64,000 bases of DNA from Paracoccaceae bacterium. GTDB taxonomy: Bacteria; Pseudomonadota; Alphaproteobacteria; Rhodobacterales; Rhodobacteraceae. Below are positions 9,513 through 18,009 of this stretch, one piece after another. Position 1 is the first letter of the stretch; every line of letters begins with the position of its first letter. The translations under genes were made by a program, and so were the position numbers. The DNA lies in assembly GCA_015487165.1 (NCBI GenBank), contig WFQE01000227.1:17966-81965 (forward strand), written 5' to 3'. Under the pieces are notes generated by a model. The model had not been told where the DNA came from, ran no database searches, and saw only the letters and a list, made by a program, of their open reading frames with translations.

Positions 9513-10250
9513 ATGTTTGTGATGAGCGGATCAGGCGAGTCGTTTTGGAAGACCGTCTGGATTCTGGTGTTCTTCGTGATGTTTGTGGTTCCGAACATGG
9601 AGTATGTTCGGGCCGCCTGGGGTTATGTGAACGGCACGATTGCGGATGGCCTGAAGCACGAGGGGCTGTCGGACAAGAAGCCGCTGGACATCATCTACCA
9701 GTTTGCGCGCAAGCAGGAGCGGGACGAGTACAACGCGCAATATGACGCCGTGGCTGACGATTACTCGGAGCTGGCGTTGAGCGCGCGGCGCCTGTCGAAG
9801 GTTCCGCAGTTCAGGGAGCGGATGTTGGAGAAGAACGTGCCCGGGATGTTCCAGGGCGCGGCGATGTACATCAAGCGATACCGCCGCGACCGTTCGGCGG
9901 AGAACATGACGAACGCGAAGTCGTACCTGGAGCAGGTGAGCAAGCTGCTGTTGAAGATGGTGAAGCCGTGGGCGATTGGGTGGATGGTGTTCGTTGCGAT
10001 GTTTGCGGCGGGGGTGGGCTTGCTGGTCAAGCGCAAGGAGAGCCAGAACCTTGATGGGCTGGCGCAGGACATGATGCAGCGCAGCCGTGTGGGTTTTGTC
10101 CGCAGCTATGCGTTGCCGACGGCGCTGTTGTCTGCGTGGTATTTCTGGCAGCTCGACCCGGAGTTCACGCTTTTCGGTTTCTACTTTCTGATTCCGCTGA
10201 CGTTCCTGTGGTTCATCGTTCCGTATGTGGCTGCGAAGTCGAGCGTCTGA
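9513..10250 (+). CDS. polytopic membrane protein
   Basis: ATG follows AAAGGGGG. About four hydrophobic helices (WILVFFVMFVV, IGWMVFVAMFAAGVGLLV, FYFLIPLTFLWFIV). Confidence 0.65.
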   Translation: MFVMSGSGESFWKTVWILVFFVMFVVPNMEYVRAAWGYVNGTIADGLKHEGLSDKKPLDIIYQFARKQERDEYNAQYDAVADDYSELALSARRLSKVPQFRERMLEKNVPGMFQGAAMYIKRYRRDRSAENMTNAKSYLEQVSKLLLKMVKPWAIGWMVFVAMFAAGVGLLVKRKESQNLDGLAQDMMQRSRVGFVRSYALPTALLSAWYFWQLDPEFTLFGFYFLIPLTFLWFIVPYVAAKSSV

Positions 10251-10260
10251 GGGGTTGCTG

Positions 10261-10905
10261 ATGCTGTTGCTGCTGGCGCCGGGCGTGGCGCTGGCGGGGC
10301 AGATGGTGACGTATGCGCCGGTGACGGTGGAATATCGCCGCGTGGACATCGGGCGCTGCGTGGATTCGGCGGCGCGCGAGTACGGGCTATCCAGCGCGCT
10401 GCTGTGGAAGCTGATCCGTGCGGAGTCGGGCGGCGATGTGACGGTGATGAAGCGTGGGGCGCATGTTTATCGTGGATTGCCGATGGGGGATGCGGCGAGC
10501 TTTCTCCGGCACCTGGTTTCGACGGGACGCGACGTGGACGTGGGCCTGATGCAGGTGAACACGGTTCACCTGCGCGAGCTTGGATTACGAAGGCCGGAAT
10601 TGTTGCTGGAGCCGTGTTTCAACGTGCGCGCCGGGGCATTCCTGCTGGCCGGACTGGTGAAGCATCTGGGCTATGGCTGGGAGGCGGTGGCGGCGTACAA
10701 CGCGGGCCTGGCTGGCTGGCTGGGCAAGTCCCGGCACGGGATCAGGCGTTCGTTGCGCGGAGCGGCGTATGCGAAGCGCGTATCCCGGATGAAGGGACGG
10801 CCGATGAAGGTATTGCTGGCCACGGAGGACACGGCTCCGGGCCGGAGGGTGAGCATGAAGGAGAAAGGAGGAATGGGCATTGCAGTTGATTACGCGTTCG
10901 ATTGA
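10261..10905 (+). CDS. lytic transglycosylase (SLT domain, VirB1-like)
   Basis: ATG 10261 lies 6 nt after GAGGGG. Signal-like LLLLAPGVALAG. SLT motifs RAESGG, GLMQVN, AAYNAG. Confidence 0.8.
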   Translation: MLLLLAPGVALAGQMVTYAPVTVEYRRVDIGRCVDSAAREYGLSSALLWKLIRAESGGDVTVMKRGAHVYRGLPMGDAASFLRHLVSTGRDVDVGLMQVNTVHLRELGLRRPELLLEPCFNVRAGAFLLAGLVKHLGYGWEAVAAYNAGLAGWLGKSRHGIRRSLRGAAYAKRVSRMKGRPMKVLLATEDTAPGRRVSMKEKGGMGIAVDYAFD

Positions 10906-11374
10906 CGAGTTTGCGGAGGCTTATGCGGACATGTGCATCCGGGTTTCGGTTCCGCGTCTTTACATGTGCATCGTATCGGAGCCGTTGCCGGTTGCCGGTC
11001 CCGAGAGCGGCGAATTTCGCGTGTACCAGGATGACAATGGGAGAGAGGTGGTGGTCAACGGTCAGTTCGTGAGCTGCTGGAGCTTTTCGGACACGAGGTT
11101 CGGAGCGGACGCGGTGATGTATCGGCACCTGGAGGCGCGTTCGTTCTCGGACGGGGAGCCGGCGACGTTTGACGTGCTGACGACGGCGAACGAGCTGATC
11201 TCGCGGATTCGGGGGCACCTGGAGCGCGAGGGGCGGCTGGATGTCCTGTCCGAGGCGGACGACCTGATTCGTATCTGGTACGGAGCTGTCCTGGACGGCT
11301 ACAGCGACGTGTTTGCGCGGCAGATTCAGGCGGTTTCGTTCGATTCGGCGAGCGAGCCGGTATTTGAAGGCTGA
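10880..11374 (+). CDS. hypothetical protein
   Basis: TTG 10880 lies 7 nt after AAAGGAGGA (next ATG at 10931) and overlaps the end of the SLT gene. Confidence 0.5.
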   Translation: MQLITRSIDEFAEAYADMCIRVSVPRLYMCIVSEPLPVAGPESGEFRVYQDDNGREVVVNGQFVSCWSFSDTRFGADAVMYRHLEARSFSDGEPATFDVLTTANELISRIRGHLEREGRLDVLSEADDLIRIWYGAVLDGYSDVFARQIQAVSFDSASEPVFEG

Positions 11375-11388
11375 GAAGGAGAAGAGAC

Positions 11389-11802
11389 ATGGGAGAGACG
11401 GCGGTGGCATTTGAATCCGGTATTCGGGAACAGGAGTCCGGCTTCGAGATTCTGGGCGTGAAGGAGGTTCCGAAGACGACGAAGTTCAAGCAGTTGGACA
11501 TGGATGGGTTGCGTCGGCAGTGCGAGATCGAGGCGGTGTGCCTTGGGCCTGGCGATGAGGAGGGCACGTCGGAATTCGGCGTGACGGTTCGTTTCCGTTC
11601 GGGTCGCCAGGCGCGCATCCTGTCGAAGTTCCAGGTATCGGTGTCCGGACAGGCTTCGGAGGACGCGATCCGGAACCACTTCCTGGGCCAGTTGGGGGAA
11701 GGCAAGTTCGATTCCGAGATCAGGGACATGGTGGAGTCGAAGGCGAAGCATTCGTCGCGGCGCGGTCGCGGCAAGGGCCGCCGCCGGTCGGAGGGCCAGT
11801 GA
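11389..11802 (+). CDS. hypothetical protein with Arg/Gly-rich basic tail
   Basis: ATG follows GAAGGAGAAG. Coding-like codon usage. Confidence 0.6.
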   Translation: MGETAVAFESGIREQESGFEILGVKEVPKTTKFKQLDMDGLRRQCEIEAVCLGPGDEEGTSEFGVTVRFRSGRQARILSKFQVSVSGQASEDAIRNHFLGQLGEGKFDSEIRDMVESKAKHSSRRGRGKGRRRSEGQ

Positions 11803-12275
11803 TGGGCGCGCGGTCGTGGCTGGTTGCAGTGGCGCTGCTGGGTATCTGCTGTAGTCCTGCGCTGGCGGCCGACGCGCCGGATCGGGGCTTGCACAACAAG
11901 CACCTGAAGCGGCCCGTGCCGGCGCATGCGAAGCGCAAGGCTCCGGATTCGACGGACGCCCTGACGAAGCGGCTGAACGTGAGCGGGCGTCTTGAACGGC
12001 ACTCGATCCGGGGCGTCTGGTTGAGTGACGACGGGCATGTGTGCATGCTGATGCTGGAGGATCGGGTTCGGCGTTCGTGCTTGATCACGGATGCCGCGGC
12101 GGTGCATGCGCGCGTGGTGTTCGTGACGGACGGGCGCGGATTGCTGTTCACGTTTTTCCGGAACGCGGAAATGAAGCGTGGCGGCACGAGCAACGGGTTC
12201 ACGTCCTACATGGACCGGCGTGGTTCGCGGGTCTGGGCGAGGGCGGCGGACATTGACAGCGCGGTGGGTGGTTGA
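11802..12275 (+). CDS. secreted hypothetical protein
   Basis: GTGATG junction with the previous stop. Signal peptide WLVAVALLGICCSPALA. Confidence 0.6.
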   Translation: MGARSWLVAVALLGICCSPALAADAPDRGLHNKHLKRPVPAHAKRKAPDSTDALTKRLNVSGRLERHSIRGVWLSDDGHVCMLMLEDRVRRSCLITDAAAVHARVVFVTDGRGLLFTFFRNAEMKRGGTSNGFTSYMDRRGSRVWARAADIDSAVGG

Positions 12276-12334
12276 CACGGCGGCCCGTCGAGAATATACT
12301 TATTTGCATAAAACAAAAAGCAAGGAGTAACGAC

Positions 12335-12964
12335 ATGAATCGAGTAGCTCGAATGGTGATGCACCACATCACGAACAAGATCATCTACCTGGCGATGGGC
12401 CTGCTGATCGCGGCTGCCGGCTCGCTGATGAGTGGTTGTGCGGCGGTGGACGTGGCCTCGACGGCCTACAGCGCGATTGACACGCACAAGAGCATGAAGG
12501 CGGCGGGGAAGGCGGTGAACGCTCTTGGCCAGCTTCAGGATTACGACAAGGTGTACGTCGTGGTGAAGATGTACGACGGGGCCAAGCGTGCCGAGGTCAA
12601 GTCGAAGCTGTCCGAGATGCTGGCCAAGGATGTCAATGACATTCGCGCCAAGGGCCTTCATGTGCCGGATGTGGTGATGTTGGACGATGCCAGCTCGCTG
12701 GGTGCAGAGAAGGGGGCGGCCCTGGTGGTGGTTGAGCCGCGCAACACGGGAATCACGGACACCGTGACGGAGCTGACCAGCGACCATGGCATGCTGACCG
12801 TGTATGATCTGGCGAATGGACGCATGAAGATTGCGTCCCGCGAGATCGAACTGGAAGACGGCATGTTTGTTGGCCTGGACGAGAAGATCAAAGGGTTGCA
12901 TGGCTTCATCGGCGAGATGCTGTTCGATCCGCGCCGGGCCAACCGCGAGCGGCAGTCTTCCTGA
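12335..12964 (+). CDS. lipoprotein
   Basis: ATG 12335 follows AAGGAG. Lipobox LMSGC after a hydrophobic stretch. Confidence 0.7.
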   Translation: MNRVARMVMHHITNKIIYLAMGLLIAAAGSLMSGCAAVDVASTAYSAIDTHKSMKAAGKAVNALGQLQDYDKVYVVVKMYDGAKRAEVKSKLSEMLAKDVNDIRAKGLHVPDVVMLDDASSLGAEKGAALVVVEPRNTGITDTVTELTSDHGMLTVYDLANGRMKIASREIELEDGMFVGLDEKIKGLHGFIGEMLFDPRRANRERQSS

Positions 12965-12991
12965 CAGGTTTCTGGCTCCCTCCTTGGATGG

Positions 12992-13025
12992 ACACCCCTG
13001 CCGTTTCGGCAGGGGTGTTTTCTTT
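12992..13025 (+). terminator. rho-independent terminator
   Basis: 11-bp stem ACACCCCTGCC/GGCAGGGGTGT followed by a T-rich tail. Confidence 0.75.
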
Positions 13026-13121
13026 GGGTTGTGCGGGTTGACTTGGAACGTATTGAACGGTAGAAACAGCGGCCAAGGCGTGGGAGAGACTGGCGCCTGA
13101 GAAATCAGGAGGTTTGAAAGC

Positions 13122-13334
13122 ATGAGTGAAAAAGAGCGCACGACCGCCACGGTCGAGGAAATCACCGAGCTGGCGGCAAAGCTGAACGACAACCAGCGTG
13201 GGCTGGCTTATGGCGTGATGGAGTTCATGCTGAACTACAAGGAGTTCGGCGACACGACGGAGAACTTCATTGATGGCGTGGTGGCCCGCGTGAAGGGCTG
13301 GTTTGGCAAGAAGGAGGCCGACGCCGACGCCTGA
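13122..13334 (+). CDS. small acidic hypothetical protein (70 aa)
   Basis: ATG follows AGGAGG. A TTGACT-N17-TAGAAA promoter-like site lies at 13038-13066. Confidence 0.6.
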   Translation: MSEKERTTATVEEITELAAKLNDNQRGLAYGVMEFMLNYKEFGDTTENFIDGVVARVKGWFGKKEADADA

Positions 13335-13367
13335 GTTGGCCGGCATGTTTGCGACCGTCGCTTGATC

Positions 13368-13856
13368 ATGGGTTTTCCTCCTCCCCTTGGGAATATCCCC
13401 TCCCCTCGATGGTCGCGCGGAGGCGTGGCATTCGTGCTGCGCCTCTTTTTCGTTCTGGGCCTGGCCATGCCGGCGCATGCGGGCGAGCCGGCGAACGCGG
13501 CTCCGACGCCTGCGGAGCTGTCGGGGCTGAGTGATGCGGATGCGATCCGACGGCTTGCGCTGGAACGGGAGCGCCAGATACGGGAGCAGATGGATCGCAA
13601 GCAGATTGGCCGTTGGGTGAAGCAGGCGAACCGTGAGACGGAGCGCGCGATGCGTCGTCTGGACGCGAACGGTGATGGCCGGATCACGGAAGACGAGCTG
13701 GCCGAGTACACCTGGCGCCAGAACCGCGAGCGGGAGAAGGAGCGGGTTCGGCGCCTGCGCGCCGAGGGTTGGCGCGTGCATGACCTGGGGGAATACGAGG
13801 ACTGCATAGACCACAACGGGGACCCGCTGCCGGGATGCAAGGTTAGCTGGCCGTAA
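13368..13856 (+). CDS. secreted EF-hand calcium-binding protein
   Basis: Signal-like FVLRLFFVLGLAMPAHA and a canonical EF-hand loop DANGDGRITEDEL. ATG 13368 (track start 13362 is TTG). Confidence 0.6.
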   Translation: MGFPPPLGNIPSPRWSRGGVAFVLRLFFVLGLAMPAHAGEPANAAPTPAELSGLSDADAIRRLALERERQIREQMDRKQIGRWVKQANRETERAMRRLDANGDGRITEDELAEYTWRQNREREKERVRRLRAEGWRVHDLGEYEDCIDHNGDPLPGCKVSWP

Positions 13857-13863
13857 TCGCCTG

Positions 13864-13888
13864 GGCCTGGCTGACGCCGGCCTTTTTT
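13864..13888 (+). terminator. hairpin terminator
   Basis: GGCC(T)GGC-TGAC-GCCGGCC followed by T6. Confidence 0.55.
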
Positions 13889-14130
13889 CAGTGAATGGAG
13901 ACGGGGATGCCGGGCTGTTCTTCGGCGACGATCTGGCGCAGAGCCTGGGTTGCGTGGTGTCCCAGGTTGAAGCGTTCGAGTTCGGCGACGAAGACCGATT
14001 CGACGACATCTTCGGGTGCGTGCGCGATGCGCGCGAGCGCCTGGGCGAGGCGCTGGTTCAGGCACGGGCGGCAGAGTCCGAGTCCGAAATCCGGAACGAC
14101 GCCGTTCGACTGGCAGCACCGACAGCGCAT
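13888..14130 (-). CDS. small Cys-rich (zinc-ribbon-like) protein, 80 aa
   Basis: Internal ATG of track ORF 13888..14358, sharing a TGATG junction with the upstream gene. MRCRCC...CRPC cysteine pairs. Confidence 0.5.
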   Translation of the reverse strand: MRCRCCQSNGVVPDFGLGLCRPCLNQRLAQALARIAHAPEDVVESVFVAELERFNLGHHATQALRQIVAEEQPGIPVSIH

Positions 14131-14549
14131 CAGGCTTTGTCTGCCTGGCGCTTGGTTGCGAGCATGACCAGGACGTAGGCCATGGCGATGCCGGACATGA
14201 GCATGGCCAGCGGCTTGCGCCAGGTCGTGATGGGTGCGACGTAGATGTGCACGGCGACGGCGACGGCGCCCCAGGCGGCGATCCAGGCGGCCTGCGCCAG
14301 CACGGGCCGTCCGTTCTTCAGGCGCATGTATCCGAGGGCCGCGACGGCGACGACGCACATGCCGATGACGTAGTGGATGTCCATGGACAGGGATGCCGCG
14401 ACGGCGATCAGGGCCATGGACACAAGCCCGTATTCGAGTTGCGTATTCAGTTTGGCGAGATTGAATTCAAACATTCGCGGCGCATCTTTGGCTGCGGCCC
14501 TGGCGCGCTTGCGCGCTTCCTCGATGGTGACGATCTTCGGCTCGTTCAT
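14130..14549 (-). CDS. membrane protein (3-4 TM)
   Basis: ATG 14549 lies 6 nt after GAGGT. Hydrophobic helices LVSMALIAVAASL, VIGMCVVAVAALG, AAWIAAWGAVAVAV. Confidence 0.6.
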   Translation of the reverse strand: MNEPKIVTIEEARKRARAAAKDAPRMFEFNLAKLNTQLEYGLVSMALIAVAASLSMDIHYVIGMCVVAVAALGYMRLKNGRPVLAQAAWIAAWGAVAVAVHIYVAPITTWRKPLAMLMSGIAMAYVLVMLATKRQADKA

Positions 14550-14769
14550 CAGCATACCTCATGGTATCACGGAGTCGGGCCTGCCTTCAAGTCCGATCCT
14601 CGGTATCCGGCATGCTCGCGCGATCCGTAAGCCGGAATCTGGGAGCTGGGTCACAAGACAGCCGCAAAAGATGGATGGTCAATCGCGCTCAAAGTTCCGG
14701 AGCCGAAAAGTTGCATAAATGATTTTTCATGCTAGGCTCGCCCCAGATGATTCGGTGGGAGAAGTTGAT

Positions 14770-15189
14770 ATGGGTGGCGTCAAGTCAAGACTGAACCATG
14801 TCTGGAGCGCCCTGATGGGCAAGGTCGAGATGGTGGTGCACATTCAGGGCGGCTTTGCCCTGCGCCGGGAATTGAGCGAGACGAGCGCGGACTACGTTCG
14901 CCGACTGACGCGCGACGTGGTGGGCGATCTGCGCGGCAAGGCCACCGCCGTCTATACCGTCGGGAGCACCTTTGTCGGGGTGACGGTGACGCTCTATTAC
15001 GGCACGCCTGAATTTTTCGACAGTTTCGAGGCCCATGTTGCTACTGCGCTCCAGGACGCGCCAGAGCAGTTGGAGGACATTCGCCGCGCGCTGCGGCGCG
15101 GGCGTTTCTTGGCGGCGGGCGACGGCATGCTCGACGGCCTGATTCTCAATTTCGGTCACATTGCTACGGCGCTGGTTCCGACGGCCTGA
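14770..15189 (+). CDS. hypothetical protein
   Basis: ATG 14770 follows GGGAGAAG and lies downstream of TTGCAT-N16-TAGGCT (14711-14738). The track start 14719 would sit upstream of that promoter's -10. Confidence 0.55.
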   Translation: MGGVKSRLNHVWSALMGKVEMVVHIQGGFALRRELSETSADYVRRLTRDVVGDLRGKATAVYTVGSTFVGVTVTLYYGTPEFFDSFEAHVATALQDAPEQLEDIRRALRRGRFLAAGDGMLDGLILNFGHIATALVPTA

Positions 15190-15317
15190 GTTTCGACGCA
15201 AAAGACTTGTCATAATTGACCGGGCCGGCTATGCTGTCGGCATATTGTGGCTGCTTGCTGCTAGGCGAGCGGTTTTCCGGTTTTTCCCACCCCTCAAACA
15301 ATCAGAGGAGGGCTATC

Positions 15318-15611
15318 ATGCAGCATATCTTTGCTGCGTGGGCGGCTCTCGGCGGCGTCATCTTTGACCTGGCCTACGTCCTTACGTTGGCGAGGCTTGT
15401 CATGGCGTATCGCCGAGGCGAGCGCGCGTCGTTTGATTTTGGCGCGTATGCTCTGTTCGCCTTCGCATCACTCGGGTACCTCGGGTATTTCGTCGAGGTA
15501 CATCACGATCCGGTCATGGCGGGCATCGCGGCGGCAGGCTTGTTCCTGCTGGCGCTGTGCATGCTCGTGGCCGGGCTTGGGAGGCTCCAATGCGCTCGGC
15601 AAGGGAGTTGA
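15318..15611 (+). CDS. small membrane protein (3 TM)
   Basis: ATG 15318 follows GAGGAGGG. A TTGTCA-N17-TATGCT promoter-like site lies at 15207-15235. Confidence 0.6.
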   Translation: MQHIFAAWAALGGVIFDLAYVLTLARLVMAYRRGERASFDFGAYALFAFASLGYLGYFVEVHHDPVMAGIAAAGLFLLALCMLVAGLGRLQCARQGS

Positions 15612-16747
15612 TCGAGCTGGCCAGCCAGGAGCCGATTGCCGACCTTCTGGCGCGGGAGTTCAACATCCCGCTGAAGAAGGTGGGCAGCAAGCTGCGCTCC
15701 CGCGAGTGCCCGCACTGCGGCGCGGGCGGCGCGGATTCGGTGCGGCTGAACGTGGACCCGGCCAAGAACCTGTACTTTTGTCACGTCTGCGAGACGGGCG
15801 GCGACCCGATCTTCCTGTTCCGGGAGGCGTATGATCTGAACGCCGTTGAGGCGGCCAAGCGCATCCTGGGCGAGGACGACGAATCGCCGGCCGACATGGA
15901 GCGGCGTCGCAAGAGGATCAGGGAGCTTGAGGAGCAGCGCAGGAAGATGCAGCAGGCCGAGGCGGAGAGCAATGCCGTCAAGGCCCGCATCTTCACGCGG
16001 CTCGTCGAGTGGGCCGGCACGCTGACCGGGGATGACTTCAAGCGTTCGATTTCGTATCTCGAAAACGAGCGTGCCATCTCCCGGAAGGTGTTGCGGGTGG
16101 CCTGGGCCAGGCGCCTGTTGGTCTTTCTTCCGGATGAACCGGGCCGGACGGATGCGTTCCTGCGGTCGGAGTTTTCGACCGAGGATTTGCTGAAGTCGGG
16201 CATTCTGAAGGAAGAGGGCCGAAAGATGGGCGTCTGCTACCGCCAGGTCGTCACGCCGTATCGCGGCGATGACGGACGGGTGTATTCGGCCGAATTCCGG
16301 TATCCGGAGCGGAACCCGGAGTTTGGCGCGAAGTCCATCCGTTATGGCCGGGCGCCGAATCCCTGGCTCTGGCCGGGCAAAGGGAACATGACGGTCATCT
16401 GCGAGGGCATCATTGATGCGCTGTCGCTGAGGACGCTGGCATTTGCCGGCACGATCATCTGCGTTCCGGGCATCAGCCAATGGCGTGATGACTGGAACGA
16501 GTTGGTGACGGGCCAGCATGTGCGGGTCATGTTCGACAACGACGAGGAGCCGCTGAAGGACCGGGACGGCAATCCCAGGCTCGACGAGCAGGGGAACCCG
16601 ATCTATCCGGGTCCGGCCGCGGCGAAACGTCTGGTCGAGCGGTTGAAGGACGGATCGCGATGTCTGACGGCCCAGGCGCTGATTCCGAAGCGCAAGGGCG
16701 AGGACATCAACGACATTCTTCGCCGCCGCGTGGTGGAAACCCCCTGA
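15590..16747 (+). CDS. DNA primase (CHC2 zinc finger + Toprim)
   Basis: ATG 15590 follows GGGAGG. CPHCG...CHVC zinc finger. Toprim motifs VICEGIIDALSL and VMFDNDEEP. Confidence 0.85.
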   Translation: MRSARELIELASQEPIADLLAREFNIPLKKVGSKLRSRECPHCGAGGADSVRLNVDPAKNLYFCHVCETGGDPIFLFREAYDLNAVEAAKRILGEDDESPADMERRRKRIRELEEQRRKMQQAEAESNAVKARIFTRLVEWAGTLTGDDFKRSISYLENERAISRKVLRVAWARRLLVFLPDEPGRTDAFLRSEFSTEDLLKSGILKEEGRKMGVCYRQVVTPYRGDDGRVYSAEFRYPERNPEFGAKSIRYGRAPNPWLWPGKGNMTVICEGIIDALSLRTLAFAGTIICVPGISQWRDDWNELVTGQHVRVMFDNDEEPLKDRDGNPRLDEQGNPIYPGPAAAKRLVERLKDGSRCLTAQALIPKRKGEDINDILRRRVVETP

Positions 16748-16778
16748 CCCCAGGGGGTTTATTCTCAACCACAAGGAG
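16728..16778 (+). repeat. copy 1 of a ~50-bp repeat: last 5 codons (VVETP), stop, hairpin, CAACCACAA, SD
   Basis: GCGTGGTGGAAACCCCCTGACCCCAGGGGGTTTATTCTCAACCACAAGGAG. Hairpin AAACCCCCTG/CAGGGGGTTT at 16737-16760. Confidence 0.9.
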
Positions 16779-16786
16779 AAGTCACC

Positions 16787-17104
16787 ATGACTGATTATGC
16801 GGTTTTCGAGGTGACAGAACCTGCCCAACTCAAGGAATACGAGTTTTGGCTTGGCGAACAACGTGTTCAGGAGATCGTGTCCAAAGCGGACGAACTTGTG
16901 AACCAAGGGTTTCGAGTGGCGGTACTGCTCCGGGAGGTCAATGTTTTGGGCATGGATTGCGATGGCCCGTTCATTGACACCCAATATCAACTGGAGGGTA
17001 TCCGCAGTATGACGCCCGAGGATATCGAGGCGATGATCGAACACGGTTTTGACGACGGGCGAGCCTACGGCTGGAAGGCCAAAGGCGTGGTGGAAACCCC
17101 CTGA
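16787..17104 (+). CDS. hypothetical protein (105 aa), ends VVETP like the primase
   Basis: ATG follows AAGGAGAA. Flanked by the two repeat copies. Confidence 0.6.
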   Translation: MTDYAVFEVTEPAQLKEYEFWLGEQRVQEIVSKADELVNQGFRVAVLLREVNVLGMDCDGPFIDTQYQLEGIRSMTPEDIEAMIEHGFDDGRAYGWKAKGVVETP

Positions 17105-17138
17105 CTCCAGGGGGTTTATTTTCAACCACAACAAGGAG
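17085..17138 (+). repeat. copy 2 of the ~50-bp stop-codon/hairpin repeat
   Basis: GCGTGGTGGAAACCCCCTGACTCCAGGGGGTTTATTTTCAACCACAACAAGGAG. Differs from copy 1 by 2 substitutions and a 2-nt insertion. Confidence 0.9.
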
Positions 17139-17144
17139 GTGCCC

Positions 17145-17768
17145 ATGCCGAATTGGGCAATGAACAAGGTCGAGATCGAGGGCGAGGACCAGCAGAAGGC
17201 GATGAGCCTGCTGGTGAACGACAAGGGCGAGGTGGATTTCAACATCCTGAAGCCGATGCCCGAGTCGCTCAACATCACGGCCGGCTCCCGGATGCTTGAC
17301 GCCTTCGGCCTGGCGTTGATTCAGGGCGACCTGACCGAGGAGGAACTCAAGCCGTTCCTGCTCGGAATCAACGCCGAGCAGGCGATGGAGAGGGTTCGGA
17401 AGAAGATCGCGGGGCTGGACTCGCCCTACGGGATCCTCGAATGCGACATCGAGGATGATTCCGGCGAGGAGTACTACCGCAAGGTGGTTTCCAACATCCG
17501 GAATTACGGATGCCCCACCTGGTACGAATGGGCGTACCGCGAGTGGGGCACGAAGTGGAACGCGTGCCACCAGCAGGAGGTGACGGACACCGGATGCTCG
17601 CTCATCCTGGAGTTCGACACGGCCTGGTCGGAGCCCACGGGCGTGATCGCGGCGCTCGAAGCCAAGGTCCAGGAGCTGGGCCTCGATGTCACGATCCACT
17701 GGGACGTGGCCTACGAGGAGGGCGGCACCGCGTACCACCGCATCGAGCCGATGAAGGCCGCGGCCTGA
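17145..17768 (+). CDS. DUF1281/Api92-like ferredoxin-fold protein (plasmid-associated family)
   Basis: ATG 17145 follows AAGGAGG. The CPTWYEWAYREWGTKWNA block is recalled as typical of this family. Confidence 0.6.
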   Translation: MPNWAMNKVEIEGEDQQKAMSLLVNDKGEVDFNILKPMPESLNITAGSRMLDAFGLALIQGDLTEEELKPFLLGINAEQAMERVRKKIAGLDSPYGILECDIEDDSGEEYYRKVVSNIRNYGCPTWYEWAYREWGTKWNACHQQEVTDTGCSLILEFDTAWSEPTGVIAALEAKVQELGLDVTIHWDVAYEEGGTAYHRIEPMKAAA

Positions 17769-17835
17769 TCCGGCTCGCCCCTGGATACCCGGCCTGCCCG
17801 GGTATGCAACTTCATCACGAACCAGGGGGAAACGA

Positions 17836-17997
17836 ATGGCAGATGTCCTGTCTGCACTGTCGCTGGTCACGCTCGTGGCCGGCATCATCACCAACCGCAG
17901 TTGCATGGCCTGGCGCGCGCGCCTGGTGCTTGCCGCCGGCATGTATGTGTCGTCGGCGATCTACGCCGTCGTGGCGGGCATGCTCGCGGTTGCATGA
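17836..17997 (+). CDS. small membrane protein (53 aa, 2 TM), absent from the ORF track
   Basis: ATG 17836 follows GGGGGA. Translates to MADVLSALSLVTLVAGIITNRSCMAWRARLVLAAGMYVSSAIYAVVAGMLAVA*. Confidence 0.5.
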   Translation: MADVLSALSLVTLVAGIITNRSCMAWRARLVLAAGMYVSSAIYAVVAGMLAVA

Positions 17998-18009
17998 AGG
18001 AGGATGGCC

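Noticed and set aside
9513-12964. Calling the genes after the T4CP a type IV secretion (mating-pair formation) cluster
   Set aside because: Only an SLT enzyme, one polytopic protein, a secreted protein and a lipoprotein are present. No VirB4/TraC ATPase or other large MPF components are present, so the evidence is insufficient.
15318-15611. SemiSWEET/PQ-loop transporter
   Set aside because: It has three TM helices of the right size but no PQ motif, so it stays a generic small membrane protein.
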